Source of the DNA: Rebecca billardiae RCC1528
Lineage: Eukaryota; Protista; Haptophyta
Assembly: GCA_965240325.2 (NCBI GenBank)
Contig: OZ251230.1
Coordinates: 558,001 to 622,000 of the forward strand
Length of the DNA: 64,000 bases
Reading direction: 5' to 3'
The notes under the pieces are model-generated. The model was not told where the DNA came from. It saw only the letters and a list, made by a program, of their open reading frames with translations, and did not search any database. Positions within the stretch are counted from its first letter, which is position 1, and each line of letters opens with the position of its first letter. Both the position numbers and the translations under genes were made by a program. This document shows, piece after piece, positions 36,793-48,270 of this stretch.

Positions 36793-37537
36793 GGTGTGCG
36801 CGCGCCCCCGCGCGATTCAGCTGCTGTGCTGCTCGGCGTGCACGCCCACGGGTTGGCCGCCGGCCCCGCCGCAAAGATAGAGCGAGGATGCCGAAATGGG
36901 ACGATGGGGTTTCAACGTCCGCGACCGCGACGCGTGGTTACCCTCTTTTTCCTGTTACCGTCCAGGGCTATGATATTCATCCACGGAGCACCGGCGCGCG
37001 CTGGGAGGCGCAAGTATTATACGCAACCGCCGCCGTACCCGCTCGTACGAACTCGTATTGAATTTTGGGCGCCCCCATGGAAACGAAACTTCTGGCTTGG
37101 CAGCAGTTGATAGAAGTTGGTTTAGGGACTACTAGGGGAGCGCGAGGAAACGCATATTCGTGCCTATGTGAGTGTAACCGACGACACCGCAAGAAACATT
37201 CAGGAACTTTGCCAACCGTCGTCGTCTTCGTAGGACAAGACAGTCGCTGTGTGACAAATCCAAAACTGACGATCGGCGGTTACGTAGTAGTTACCCGGCC
37301 TGCCGGCCATATCAGTACTGACCGACACTGAGCCCCGGCGTTGGCGGGCCGCCGAGGGCTACGAACACCCGCTTGTCACCAGCACCGCGTCGCCCGTGGC
37401 CGCTCTCTGCTAGGCCCACTTTTGGCCAAGGCGGGTCACGTGCCGACGCTGCGCTGAGAGCGGCGGCTCGGACGGACAGGGAGTAATTGCGCTGCGGGCG
37501 CGTCAGCCTCGCTGCCCGCCCGGCGCGGGCGGTGTGC

Positions 37538-39511
37538 TCAGCTCAGCCTGCTCAGGTACAGCTGGATCGCCACCCCCTCGCAGTCGAGGTCGCACTGCTG
37601 GTACGCGCGCTCCGCCTCGAGCACGTCGTCCACCAGCCCGCTCTCGTCGAGCGCGGCGCGCAGCTCGGCCTCTCGCGCGCGCCGCGCCTCGGCCGCCGCC
37701 TCGTCCGAGGCCGAGGCCGAGCGCGGCGCGGGCTCGGCGTCGGTCGCGCCGTCGTGCCCGGCCGGCGGGCTTCCCGCGCGCGCGGCGCCCTCGGCCGCGG
37801 GCGCGGCCGCGCCGCCGCCCACCAGCGCGCCGAGCGCCGCCGCCGTGTCGCCCGCGTGCGCGTGCAGCGCCGCGCGCGCGCTCGCCTCGTCCGCGCCCGC
37901 GGCCGCGGCCAGCTCGGCGACTCGCGAGGCCTCGAGCTCGCCCTCGCTCTCGCGCGTGGCGAGCTCGAGCTCGAGCGCGGCGCGCGCGTCCTCCGAGGTG
38001 AGCAGCGCGAGCGCGCCCTCCAGGCTGTTGTCCCCGCGCCGCAGCGCCTCCGCCGCCACCGCCCTCGCAAAGCCGAGGTCGGTGAGCTCGGCGAGCACGC
38101 GCATGTCCAGCAGCGCGCCGCGAGCCGTCCTGCCAAACGCGCGCGCCTCGCGCCGCTCTGCGCGCCGGCGGCGCGCCTCGTTGCGCGAGCGCTCCCACTC
38201 CTCGCGCGTCGCGAGCGCGTACCGCGCCGCGCGCTCCACGTCCTTGTTGCACGCGAGCAGCGCGCGCCGCGCCTGCGAGTCGGTGAAGCCGAGCGACAGC
38301 AGCTGCGCGAGCGCGGAGTCGTCCTCTCGCGTGATGGTGAGCTGCGCGCGCAGCTCGGCCGCCGAGCGCAGCAGCGCGCGCGCCGCGTCGAGGCGGCCCT
38401 CGTGGAAGGCGACGACGCCGAGGAGCAGGCGCAGGCGCACGTACGTCGCGCGCGCCTGCCCAAAGTCGTTCTCCTCCGTCCCGCTGCGCGCGCTCGCCGC
38501 CAGCCTGTCGAGCTTCTCGAGCGCAGGGCCGTGCAGCGCCGCCAGCAGGCGCTGCGCGGCGCTCAGCCGCGAGCGCGCCGCCTCGAGCGAGGCGTGCGTG
38601 AAGCCGGCGCGCGGGGGCGCGCCCGCGGCGTGGCAGGCGGGCGCGCCCGCCGCCGGCCCCGCCCCGCCCTCCGCCCCGCCGGCCCCGCCGCTGCCCTCCG
38701 CGCCGCCGCCCCCGCCGCCGCCCCCGCCCAGGTCTGCGAGGAGCGCCGCCCACGCCGTGTCGATGCACACGAGAGCGTAGTTGTCGCCCAGCTCGAGCCA
38801 CTTGCGCTCGACCGCGTCGAAGGCCTGCTGCGCGGCGTCGAGGAGGCTGCGCGCGTCGTCGACGAGGAGCGCGGCCTCCGCCGTCGCCGTCGGCCCGCTC
38901 GTCGCGCCCTCGGCCGACGGCGCACCCGCCGCGTCCGCCGCGCCGTCGGCGGCGGCGGCGGCGGCCGCGCGCACCGGCTCGGCGGCGGAGCGCTTCGGCG
39001 GCAGGCCGAGTAGCGTGCGCTGGGCGCGCGCGAGGAGGGTCTTCGCCTTGGCGTGCAGCAGGTATCCCAACGTCAGCCCGCGCCGGTCCACCTCGGGCAT
39101 CTCGACGGGCTGCCCGCGGTGGTCGAAGATCTCGAGCTGCGTCTGGTGAGACGTGTCGTCGGCGTCGTCGTCGTCAATGTTGGCCGAGATGAGCCGCGCG
39201 GCCTCGGCGGCCTTCTCGAGCTGCGTGCGCCGCGCGGCGGCGGAGGCGGCGAGCGCGTCCACCGTCTGCGCCGCCGCCGCCGCGCCCGCGCGCAGCATCA
39301 CGATGCCCGTCGTGCCGTCGCCGACGCCGAGCGCGGAGAGCGGCTCGGCCGCGCGCGCCACGTCCAGCCGCTTGCCCTTGCACAGGATGGAGACATCCGC
39401 CGGGCTGCGGCCGGCAGCGTTCGCGACGGCGTCGAGCAGCGTCGAGAGCGGCGCGTCGTCCGGCACCACGGCCTCTGTGAGCGCGGGCAGCTTCACGAGC
39501 TTCACGCGCAT
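37538..39511 (-). CDS. NUB1: NEDD8 ultimate buster 1-like protein (UBL plus UBA domains)
   Basis: N-terminal UBL (ILCKGKRL); LEIFDHRGQPVEMPEVDRRGLTLGYLLHAKAK; DNYALVCID; YVRLRLLLGVVAFHEG; UBA repeats LLSLGF..ARRALLAC and LTDLGF..AAEALR. Confidence 0.88.
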   Translation of the reverse strand: MRVKLVKLPALTEAVVPDDAPLSTLLDAVANAAGRSPADVSILCKGKRLDVARAAEPLSALGVGDGTTGIVMLRAGAAAAAQTVDALAASAAARRTQLEKAAEAARLISANIDDDDADDTSHQTQLEIFDHRGQPVEMPEVDRRGLTLGYLLHAKAKTLLARAQRTLLGLPPKRSAAEPVRAAAAAAADGAADAAGAPSAEGATSGPTATAEAALLVDDARSLLDAAQQAFDAVERKWLELGDNYALVCIDTAWAALLADLGGGGGGGGGAEGSGGAGGAEGGAGPAAGAPACHAAGAPPRAGFTHASLEAARSRLSAAQRLLAALHGPALEKLDRLAASARSGTEENDFGQARATYVRLRLLLGVVAFHEGRLDAARALLRSAAELRAQLTITREDDSALAQLLSLGFTDSQARRALLACNKDVERAARYALATREEWERSRNEARRRRAERREARAFGRTARGALLDMRVLAELTDLGFARAVAAEALRRGDNSLEGALALLTSEDARAALELELATRESEGELEASRVAELAAAAGADEASARAALHAHAGDTAAALGALVGGGAAAPAAEGAARAGSPPAGHDGATDAEPAPRSASASDEAAAEARRAREAELRAALDESGLVDDVLEAERAYQQCDLDCEGVAIQLYLSRLS

Positions 39512-39764
39512 GTCGACAGAGCCTCGGCGGACGGGTTGTGGGGCTCGGGCGCTGGCGAGTGGCGACAGGTCCGAGCCATGAAATCAAAGATCCCCTGCGT
39601 CAGCCAATGAGGCCGCGTAGGAGGTCGGGAATCCCTGCGCCGAGATTCCCCTACCCATACAACTCTACAAGCCTACACATGATGATACAATATCCACCAG
39701 TAACTCGGCGGCGGGTATTGTAGCCCGGCAGGCCGCCATCGCCCTCGTTGCGCGCGACCGGGGG

Positions 39765-42431
39765 ATGCCGCGCAAGAAGCGCGGCGGCGGCGGCGACGCG
39801 GCCGAACGCGGCGAGTCCGCCGGCGAGGCCGCCACCGTCCCCGCGCCACCAGCCGGTGGTGGCGTGGTGGGCAAGCTGTGCGCGCTGCCGGACGCGCTCG
39901 CGCCCGCCGCCGGGGACGTGTCGGCGCGCGGCGTGCACCTGAGCTGGGAGCTGCTCGCACAGCTCGGCGCGACGGTGGGCGAGCACGTCGAGGTGGCGCG
40001 ACGAGGCGGGGGCGAGTCGGTTTTCGCGCGCGCGTGGGCATCGCGCAAGCTCAAGCCCGCCAGCATCGGCCTCGGCCGCCGCGTGCGCGCCGCGCTCGGC
40101 CCTGACGTGCGGGAGCCCCCACTCGAGCTGCTCGTCCGCCGGCTTCGCGCGCCGCCGGCGCGCGCGCGCGCGCTGGGGCTCGAGCTGGACGAGGGCTCGG
40201 CGTTCGCGCCGAGCGAGACGCTCCGCGAGTACGCGCACGCCTGGCTGGACGGCGCCGTGCTGCGCGAGGGCGGCGCCGTCGTCGTGCCGTACGGCGGCCG
40301 CGATGTGCTGCTGCGCGTCAGCAGCGCGCTCGCGGCGGACGCGGCCGACAGCGGCGGCAGCGGTTCGGCTGAGCGCGGCGAGGAGGCGGCGGCGCAGGCC
40401 GAGCGCGGCGCGGGCGCCCAGCACGCCGACGGCGCCGCGCCGCTCCTCGTCACGCGCGACACCGCAGTGCACCTCGCCGCCGGCCGCTGCGCGAGCGCGG
40501 CCGCGCGGCCCGGTGCGGCGGACGGCGGCGTCGGTGGCGGCGTCGGTGGCGGCGCCGGTGGCGACGGGTGCGCGACGGGACGGGCGGCCGCCGGCGTGCC
40601 CCGTCGGCCGTGCGGCCTCGACGCGCTCGGCGGCCTCCCGCCCGAGGCGCACGCCGCGCTCGCCGACCTCTCCATCTCGCTGCTGCGGCCGCACGCGCTC
40701 ACAGCGCTGGGTGTGCGGCCGATGGGCGGTTGCCTGCTGCACGGCGCGGCCGGCGTGGGCAAGAGCGCGCTGCTGTGGGCGATGGCGGAGGCGCTCGAGG
40801 CGAGCGGCGCGCGCGCGCTGCGCGTGAGCGCGGCGCAGCTCCTCGCCGAGCGCGGCCCGGCCGCCGCCGACGGCGCGATCCACGCGCTCTTTGCGCGCGC
40901 GCGCGCGGCCGCGCCCGCGGTGGTCGCCATTGACGAGCTCGAGCTGCTGGCACCGCGCCGGGGCGGCGGCGGCGGCGGCGGCGCGGCCGAGGCGGAGGGC
41001 GGCGCGCGCGCCGTCGCCGCGCTGCTCACGTGCGTCGACGGCGTGCGCGGCGCCGCGCACCACCGCGTCGCGCTGCTCGGCACCGCGCGCGCCGCGGACG
41101 CGCTCGAGCCCGCCCTGCGCCGGCCGGGCCGACTGGACGTGGAGGTGTGCGTGCGCGCGCCCGGCAGCGCCGAGCGGGCGGCCATTGTGCGCGCGCTCGC
41201 GGCGCGCGGCGCGGCCGGGGCGGGCGGCGAGGGCCGCGCGCTGCCCGAGGCGTGGGTCGGCGCGCTCGCCGCGCGCACGCACGGCTACGTCGCGGCCGAC
41301 CTGCACGCGCTGCTGCGCGAGCTCGAGCAGGCGGCCGCGGCCGAGGGCGGCGGCGGCGGCGCCGCCCTCGCCGAGCCCGCCTCCGATCGAGGCGCGGCGC
41401 TGCTGGGGCGAGTGCTCGCGCGCGTGCCGCCGAGCGCGCTGCGCGAGTCGCAGCTCGAGATGCCGAGCGTGCGCTGGGCGGACATCGGCGGGCACGCCGA
41501 CACGGTCGGCGCGGTGCGCGAGGCGGTCGAGTGGCCGCTGCGCCACGCGGGTGCGTTTGCGCGGATGGGCGTGCGCCCGCCGCGCGGCGTGCTTCTGTAC
41601 GGCCCGCCCGGCTGCTCCAAGACGCTCACCGCAAAGGCGCTCGCCACCGAGTCCGGGCTCAACTTCGTGGCGGTGAAGGGGCCCGAGCTGCTGAGCAAGT
41701 GGGTGGGCGACTCGGAGAAGGCGGTGCAGGCGCTCTTCGAGCGCGCGCGCGCCGCCGCGCCCGCCATCATCTTCTTCGACGAGATCGACGCACTCGCGCC
41801 CGCGCGGCAGCACGGCGCGGGCGGCTCAGGCGTCGGCATGCGCGTGCTCGCGCAGCTGCTGCACGAGATGGACGGCGTGGGCGGCGCGGGCGGCGAGCGC
41901 GCGCACGTCGTCGTGCTCGGCGCGACCAACCGCCCCGACCTCGTCGACGCCGCGCTGCTCCGCCCCGGCCGCTTCGACCGCCTGCTGTACGTCGGGCTGC
42001 CGGACGAGGGCGCGCGCCGAGCGGTGCTGGCGGTGCACACGCGCGCCACGCCGCTCGCGCCCGACGTGCAGCTCGACGCGGTCGCGGCGCGCACGGCGGG
42101 GTACTCGGGCGCGGAGCTGGCGGCGGTGTGCCGCGAGGCGGCCATGTGCGCGCTGCAGCACTCCGCCGACGCGCCGCACGTCGAGGCGCGCCACGTCGAG
42201 GCCGCGCTGCGCGCGGTGCAGCCGCGCACGCCGCCGGCGCTGCTACAGCTATACGAGCGCTACCGGCAGAGCGCGCGCGCCGCCGCCCAGGCCCAGCCCG
42301 GAGCGCCGGGCGCCGCCGCCGCCGCCGAGCCTGGCGCGCCGCAGGTAGACGCGGCGGCGCGCGCGGCCGACGGCGCGGACGGCTCGGCGGAGACGGCCGC
42401 CGCTGCGCTGTCCGAGCTGCGGCTGTCGTGA
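39765..42431 (+). CDS. AFG2: type II AAA+ ATPase, AFG2/Drg1/SPATA5 family
   Basis: D1: GAAGVGKS, IDELE, LRRPGRLD. D2: WADIGG, GVLLYGPPGCSKT, KGPELLSKWVGDSEKAV, FFDEID, ATNRPD, RPGRFDR. GCSKT is typical of AFG2/SPATA5. Confidence 0.88.
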   Translation: MPRKKRGGGGDAAERGESAGEAATVPAPPAGGGVVGKLCALPDALAPAAGDVSARGVHLSWELLAQLGATVGEHVEVARRGGGESVFARAWASRKLKPASIGLGRRVRAALGPDVREPPLELLVRRLRAPPARARALGLELDEGSAFAPSETLREYAHAWLDGAVLREGGAVVVPYGGRDVLLRVSSALAADAADSGGSGSAERGEEAAAQAERGAGAQHADGAAPLLVTRDTAVHLAAGRCASAAARPGAADGGVGGGVGGGAGGDGCATGRAAAGVPRRPCGLDALGGLPPEAHAALADLSISLLRPHALTALGVRPMGGCLLHGAAGVGKSALLWAMAEALEASGARALRVSAAQLLAERGPAAADGAIHALFARARAAAPAVVAIDELELLAPRRGGGGGGGAAEAEGGARAVAALLTCVDGVRGAAHHRVALLGTARAADALEPALRRPGRLDVEVCVRAPGSAERAAIVRALAARGAAGAGGEGRALPEAWVGALAARTHGYVAADLHALLRELEQAAAAEGGGGGAALAEPASDRGAALLGRVLARVPPSALRESQLEMPSVRWADIGGHADTVGAVREAVEWPLRHAGAFARMGVRPPRGVLLYGPPGCSKTLTAKALATESGLNFVAVKGPELLSKWVGDSEKAVQALFERARAAAPAIIFFDEIDALAPARQHGAGGSGVGMRVLAQLLHEMDGVGGAGGERAHVVVLGATNRPDLVDAALLRPGRFDRLLYVGLPDEGARRAVLAVHTRATPLAPDVQLDAVAARTAGYSGAELAAVCREAAMCALQHSADAPHVEARHVEAALRAVQPRTPPALLQLYERYRQSARAAAQAQPGAPGAAAAAEPGAPQVDAAARAADGADGSAETAAAALSELRLS

Positions 42432-42721
42432 CGTGGCGCTGCAAGACGCCGACCGACGCGACGCGGCATGCCTGACGCCGCACGCCGCGGACGTGCTCGG
42501 ACTGCTCGGCGCCTCATGCCGTCATGGGAATTATTATAATGATGGCTGACGACGCACGGCGGCGACGATGAATGTTATTGCTCGCCGATCGAGCGCCGTT
42601 ATTAATTATTTTATATTGCCAATAATAAAGTAGCGGTATATTACGACCGTACATTGACCGGACATCGCCGCGCGAGCATAAGTCGCGGCGTGATGAGAGT
42701 AGTATTCGAACTATAAGAGTA

Positions 42722-44184
42722 TTACTCGGCGCTGCCCTGAGCAGCAGCGGCCTGATCGTGCCCCTCGCCCGCCATCTCCACAGCGTCGGCTGCATCCGCG
42801 GGAGCGGCAGCATCGAGGTTGTCGTCATCGTCCTGCTCGGAGTCGTCGTCGACCAGCTCGCCGTCGTCGTCGTCGTCCATGACGACATCCTCGACGAACT
42901 CGTCGTCGGTATCGTCCTCGACCAAGCCAGGCTGCTCCTGCAGGAATTGCGCAAGCATTTGCTGCGTGGGGGTCGCCGCGCGCGCGCGGCGTGGGCGAGC
43001 GTGAGACAGACGCGCGGCCGAGCGGGAGCGCGAGCGACTCCGGGCGCGAGGTGCGCGCGCCGTGCTGCGCGACGCACGTGTGGGATGCGGTGGACCTGCC
43101 CGCCCAAGCGCATCATGACGAAGCTCTCATTCGCCGGCGGCGCCGGCCCCTGCCCCGCCTCCCCCACCGAGTCAAAGCAGCCCGCCGGGTAGGGGATCGA
43201 GACGCCGGCGTTGAACGCGCCCGCCTCCAACCCCTGCGTGCCAATGCTCACGCGGCGCGCGAGCGCCGAGTCGTCCTCGAGGTCGAGGCACTCGCCACGC
43301 CGCGGCAGGGGGAATGAGGTGGCGAAGCCCCAGCAGTTCTGCATCACGAACCCCCAGTTGGGCGCTCGCGACACGACCATCGTCGGGAACTCACGCCCGC
43401 CCAGCCGCACGCGCAGCAGGCAGGAGCCCGCGTGGTCGGCCGCGCACGGGGCGCACGCGCCTGCCGGGGCGTCCGCGGCGGTAGGCGGCCCCGCGGGCGG
43501 GCGCGGGGCCGCGTCGGCGGCATCGCCCGCCGAGCTCGCCGCACCGCCCGCCTCAGCCGCCGGCGCCGCTGCGAGCGGCAGCCCCTCGCCGCCGCCGTCG
43601 TGCGCCAGCGTCGAGACCCCGCGCGGGTGCCACAGGAAGCGCCAGTTCCCGCGGTGCCGGATGATGTGCCCGTCGGCCGTGGCCTCGCTCTCGGCGGCGC
43701 CGGTGAGGGAGGCGTACGGCGAGTCACTCGCACGCGGCTCCACGAAGTCGACCGTGCCGTCGGCGTGGAAGCGGCGCGAGCGCGACGGCTTGTGCTGCCA
43801 CCACGGGTCGGAGCCAGTCCAGCCGGGCCCGGAGGCGGTCTTCATGCGCGTGGACCACTCGAACGAGCAGAGCTCGGCACGCGTGATGTGGGTGCGCCTA
43901 CTGTCCACGATCGATTCGGCGTACGCCCGCCGCGCGTCACGCTCGCGGAGCTCCCTCGCCTGTGTGGGCACGTACACCTTGTCTGCCCAGAGCGCGTCAC
44001 ACAGCGGCTGCCACACCTCCTGCCCGAGGCCCACGGTGTGCCAGTAGCGCGAGACGGCGCAGCAGGCGGCGAGATCGGCGGCTGTGAGGTGCGAAAAGAC
44101 CGACGAGAGTATCTCGTCGGCCCGCGCTTCGTGGACGAGCGCGAGCACGCGCGCGCCCCGCGCAACACCTCCTTCGACCTGCAT
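42722..44184 (-). CDS. F-box protein with acidic C-terminal tail, two exons (intron 42962-43077)
   Basis: DEILSSVFSHLTAADLAACCAVSRYWH..VWQPLC. GT-AG splice joins RIPH to QMLAQFL in frame. Confidence 0.82.
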
Positions 44185-44436
44185 GTTCCACCGCGAGCGC
44201 CCAACGAGCTGAATTGAGCGGCCTCTAATTACGACGAGATATACCGCCTTTGATGGGCTGGATCCTGCTCGGGTGAAACTAGTCGGTGGGGTATGTCGTT
44301 TCACTTCAGGCCTATTCATCATCACAGTCATTCATTGTCTCGATCGGCCCAACCAAAGTCTGGCCGCGTAACGGGATTCGCGCGGATTCACGTGCTTCCA
44401 GACGCCCTGCGCACCCTTCCGACTTCCCATCATCAC

Positions 44437-44745
44437 ATGCCCGGCATGATGGGCGGCAACGAGGACGCACTGGCCGAAGTGATGGGCGCAATCAAGCGGT
44501 ATCAGCAGACGCACGGCGTCGACTTGGAGCTCGTCTTCAAGGACGCTGGCGGGAACCGCGCCGGCGTGATCACAAAGCCGAAGTTCTTCTCGGCGCTGAG
44601 TGTCGGGTTCCACAAGCTGCAGCTGACACCTGACATCATGGCCACCGTGGCGCGGGCCTACGGCACAGGCCCAGAGGATGTGCGGATGGGGGGCTTCCTC
44701 GAGGTCCGCTGGCGCGACTTTGTGACCGATGTGCTTGCCGCCTGA
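44437..44745 (+). CDS. small EF-hand-like protein (102 aa)
   Basis: LELVFKDAGGNRAGVITKPKFFSAL and VRWRDFV resemble a degenerate EF-hand pair; coding-like codon use. Confidence 0.6.
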   Translation: MPGMMGGNEDALAEVMGAIKRYQQTHGVDLELVFKDAGGNRAGVITKPKFFSALSVGFHKLQLTPDIMATVARAYGTGPEDVRMGGFLEVRWRDFVTDVLAA

Positions 44746-45515
44746 CAGCCCACCTAGCCCGTTTGCGCACTGCCTGGCGCTAGGTCACTTGCATGGGGCA
44801 GCTCTGGGAGCGGACTGGCTGCAGCGACCGTGCAAAGTTGTGCGCCTGCGCGCTGCACATCTCCAGGCGCTCGTGCCGCAACCAGCTCTCCAGCGGCCTC
44901 TGGTTGGCAGTGCTGCTTGCGGCTGTCGGAGAGGATTCAGTTGCTGGCGGCCTGAAGCCTAGACTCCCATCAAGCTGATTGCCACCAGCCGTGGGACGGG
45001 CTCCGATGGCGCTCCGCCGCTCCGACAATAGCGGACAATCCGAGGCTGCCGATCGACCGAGTGCGCGGTTGGCGCCCGGCTTTCGCGGACCCTATCTAGC
45101 AACGGTCACAGTACGTGGCATCTTGGGCTTGATGGACGGTCCGCCCGGCGACTCCAAATACTACTAGCAGTCAGCACATTGTAAAAGTTCACTATGCTTA
45201 ACTACGACTGACTAACTAGCCTACTTAGTCTTACTGACGGTTTAGAAGCCAGTGACCGCTAGTACTCACCGGCGGGGCGGCGGCGGGCTGCTTTGCTTCC
45301 GGGGACGGGGAGTGCTCAGTTGGACTACTCAGTCTACTGGCACTCGGCCACGGTACCGTGGCGCTAAGCGTAAAGCGGCTGATGAGTTACGTGGCCTCAG
45401 ATGACTGATACCGCCGCGTCATCACTCTGACTGCTCGCTCAGTCTGCGAGTAAGTGGCAAGTATTCACTAATGAGTCACTATATCAGTCTCGGCGTAGCC
45501 TCTGATACGGCTTCA

Positions 45516-45535
45516 GAGAGAGAGAGAGTAGAGCC

Positions 45536-45567
<32 letters not shown>

Positions 45568-45596
45568 GAGACGAGAGAGAGAGAGAGAGAGAGAGA
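45516..45596. repeat. interrupted (GA)n microsatellite
   Basis: Directly visible. Confidence 0.93.
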
Positions 45597-45855
45597 CTAG
45601 ACCGTAGTATCTGATTGAGCCAGATCGAGCCAGCAGTGAATTTCACGCCTCGGAACTGCCGCGCACAACTCGGTAGTGGCAACGCGCGTGCACGTTCAAT
45701 TAATCTTAGTCATCGTCATCAACTGTCCTGCCTCATGGCCGGGGCCAGCGCACCCAGTGCCGAATGCCGGCCCTCAGCCCTGTGGCCGTGCCAGGCATGC
45801 TGATGCAGAGGGCAGCGCTGTACTCAAGCGTGTCGCGCCCACTCATCCTTCCAGC

Positions 45856-47933
45856 CTAGCGCAGCTTGAGGTCCTGGGCGAGCATGTGCTGGGCGATCGG
45901 GTGGTAGTTGGCGCGCCAGGCCTGGAAGGTTTGCAGCGCCGCCTCGCGCGTCTCCTCGCGCGAGAAGAGCGCGCGGTACAGGGGCCGCACGTACTTCATC
46001 CGCCCGTTCGAGCGCAGGAACTTGAGCGTGTCCTCGCGCACGAAGGCCGCGCCGCACGCGATGCACAGGCGGTAGTACCGGAACGCCTCCTCGCAGTTCA
46101 CGCGCCCGCCCGCGCTGCCACCCGCAAAGCCGTACAGCTCGCCCAGCCGGCGCAGGGCGCTCTCGTCACAGAGCGCGGCGGGCGCGCCCGCCGGCGCCGC
46201 CGCGTCCTCGTGCAGCGCGTCGAGCAGCAGGCAGCGCTGCAGCGAGCTCCAGCCGTGCACGTCGGATGCGGCGCACGCGGCCGTGTCGCCCGCCGCCCAG
46301 CGCCGCGCCAGCGCGGTGCACGCGTCGGTGAGCGACGCGTCGAACGCGCGCGTGACGGCGGGCATGCCCGGCGCCTTGAACCAGCCCGACCAGTCGACGC
46401 GCGACGCGTCCACGCCGCCCTCGGCGCACCAGTCGAGGAAGCACGCGCGGAACTGGTCGGAGGTGACGGTCTGGCGCTTGAAGCGCTGCACGTACGCCTG
46501 GAAGAAGGAGAGGAACTTCGCGTCGCCCCCCGCCACGTCGGCGAGGTGGCAGAGCAGGTTGAACCCCTTCTCGTACGGCACGCGGCTGAACGCGTCGTCC
46601 GGGTCCATGTCGGCGCTCAGGTCGGGCACGAGGCAGGTGAGCGGGCTGTCCGCGCCCAGGTGGCCGACGACGTCCTCCCGCAGCGCCTGGAGTATAGGGG
46701 AAGCGAGGGGGAGACGGGGGGGATGAGTTCGCCGAAGGCCAGCTGAGCGCACGCGCCGCGCTCGGGCCGAGCTCGGCCGGGGCGTCCCACGCACGGTCCA
46801 ACCTACCTCTTCGCGGACACAGCGGCACTCCGCGGGCGGGGGCACTGCAAGCAAGGGGCGGGTGCGCGCACCTTGAGGCCCGAGAGCGCGTGCAGGTCGA
46901 GGATCTTGGGATCGCCCGCGGCGCGTGCGAGGATGTTCCGCTCGAGCCACACCGTCCACCCCTCGTTCAGCCAGAAGTGCTCCCACGTCTTGTTCGTGAT
47001 CAGGTTGCCCGTCCACGAGTGCGCGATCTCGTGTGCAATCACGCCGACGAGCGAGCGGTCGCCCGCGAGGAGCGTCGGCGTGCAGAAGGTGAGGCACGGG
47101 TTCTCCATGCCGCCGTACGGGAAGGACGGGGGGAGGCAGAGCACGTCGTAGATACCCCACGCGTACGGCTCCCCCGAGATCGCCTCCGCGTGCTGCAGGA
47201 AGCCCTCGGTGTCCTGCCCAAACTCAGACGCCACCGCCTCGATCATCGACGGCTCAGACCACGCCGTGGAGCGCGGGCCGATCGGGCGGCCCTCGAGCTC
47301 GCCCACGGCGATGGCGAGCAGGTACGAGGGGATCGACACCGGCTGCTCGAAGCGGAACTCGTGCAGGCCCGCCTCACCGCCCTTGGTCGCGCCGTCGCCG
47401 GCGCGCCGAGCGCTCATGAGCGCGGTCGCCCAGCTCGGCACTCGGAGCGCGGCGTCGTACGTGAACTTGGCGGAGGGGCTGTCGTGGCACGGGACGAGCG
47501 CGCGCGCGTGGATCGCCTGGCACTGCGTGAACATGTACGGGTGCTTCTTCCCCGCCGTCTGCTCGGGCGGCAGCCACTGCACCGCAGTGCTCGCCGACGT
47601 GGCCACGTACTCGATGGCGAGCTCAAACGTGGTGCCGTGCGTGGCCTTTGCGGCGGGGATCGGCACGCTCAGCGCCGTGCCGAGCACATCACTCTCTGCA
47701 ACCGTTGCCGGCTCGACCGCCTCGCCGTCGATCGCGATGCCTCCAATCTCGAGCCGCTTGACGTCGAGCACGACTGCGCGAGCGCCGCCTTTGGCGACGA
47801 CGCGCACGCGCCACTTGGCGACGCCGCCCAGGGACGAGTTGGCGAAGTTCACCTCCAGAGCGAGTGACAGATGCTCGAGCGCGACCTCCTCATAGTTTGC
47901 AGCCGACGAGTGGTCCACTGTGGACGCCGCCAT
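45856..47933 (-). CDS. LTA4H: leukotriene A4 hydrolase-like M1 aminopeptidase, two exons (intron 46687-46871), about 630 aa
   Basis: PYMFTQCQAIHAR, PSFPYGGMENP, HEIAHSWTGN..WLNEG, FSRVPYEKG, GRMKYVRPLY; phase-0 GT-AG intron. Confidence 0.95.
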
Positions 47934-48270
47934 GCTGCTTTCGGCGCGTGCTGGGTCTTGCCGACGACGACCCGCGCGCTGGTCGTCACTGGGCAGCCGC
48001 CGTGCGCCCAACCGGCCCGAGTCCGGACTCACATTCTATGATTTAACGACACAGGTAGGACGGCGCAGGTCTCCTGATTCGTCGTCGGCAGTGCCCGATC
48101 GTCGACACGAAGTCGGCGCTGGTGGCAGAGCATAGCCTGAACCGCGATCGAATGGCTTGAGCGCGGCCTTGAGCTGCTGGAGCGCGATCCACCTGCGCTG
48201 CGCGGCTCGCATGGACCTGCTGTGCCCCGAGCGAGGGCGAGGGTGCAGGTCCGGATGTCAGACGGCCGTC

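Noticed and set aside
37040-37090. snRNA with Sm site (AATTTTGG)
   Set aside because: No recognisable U1, U2, U4 or U5 conserved sequence nearby.
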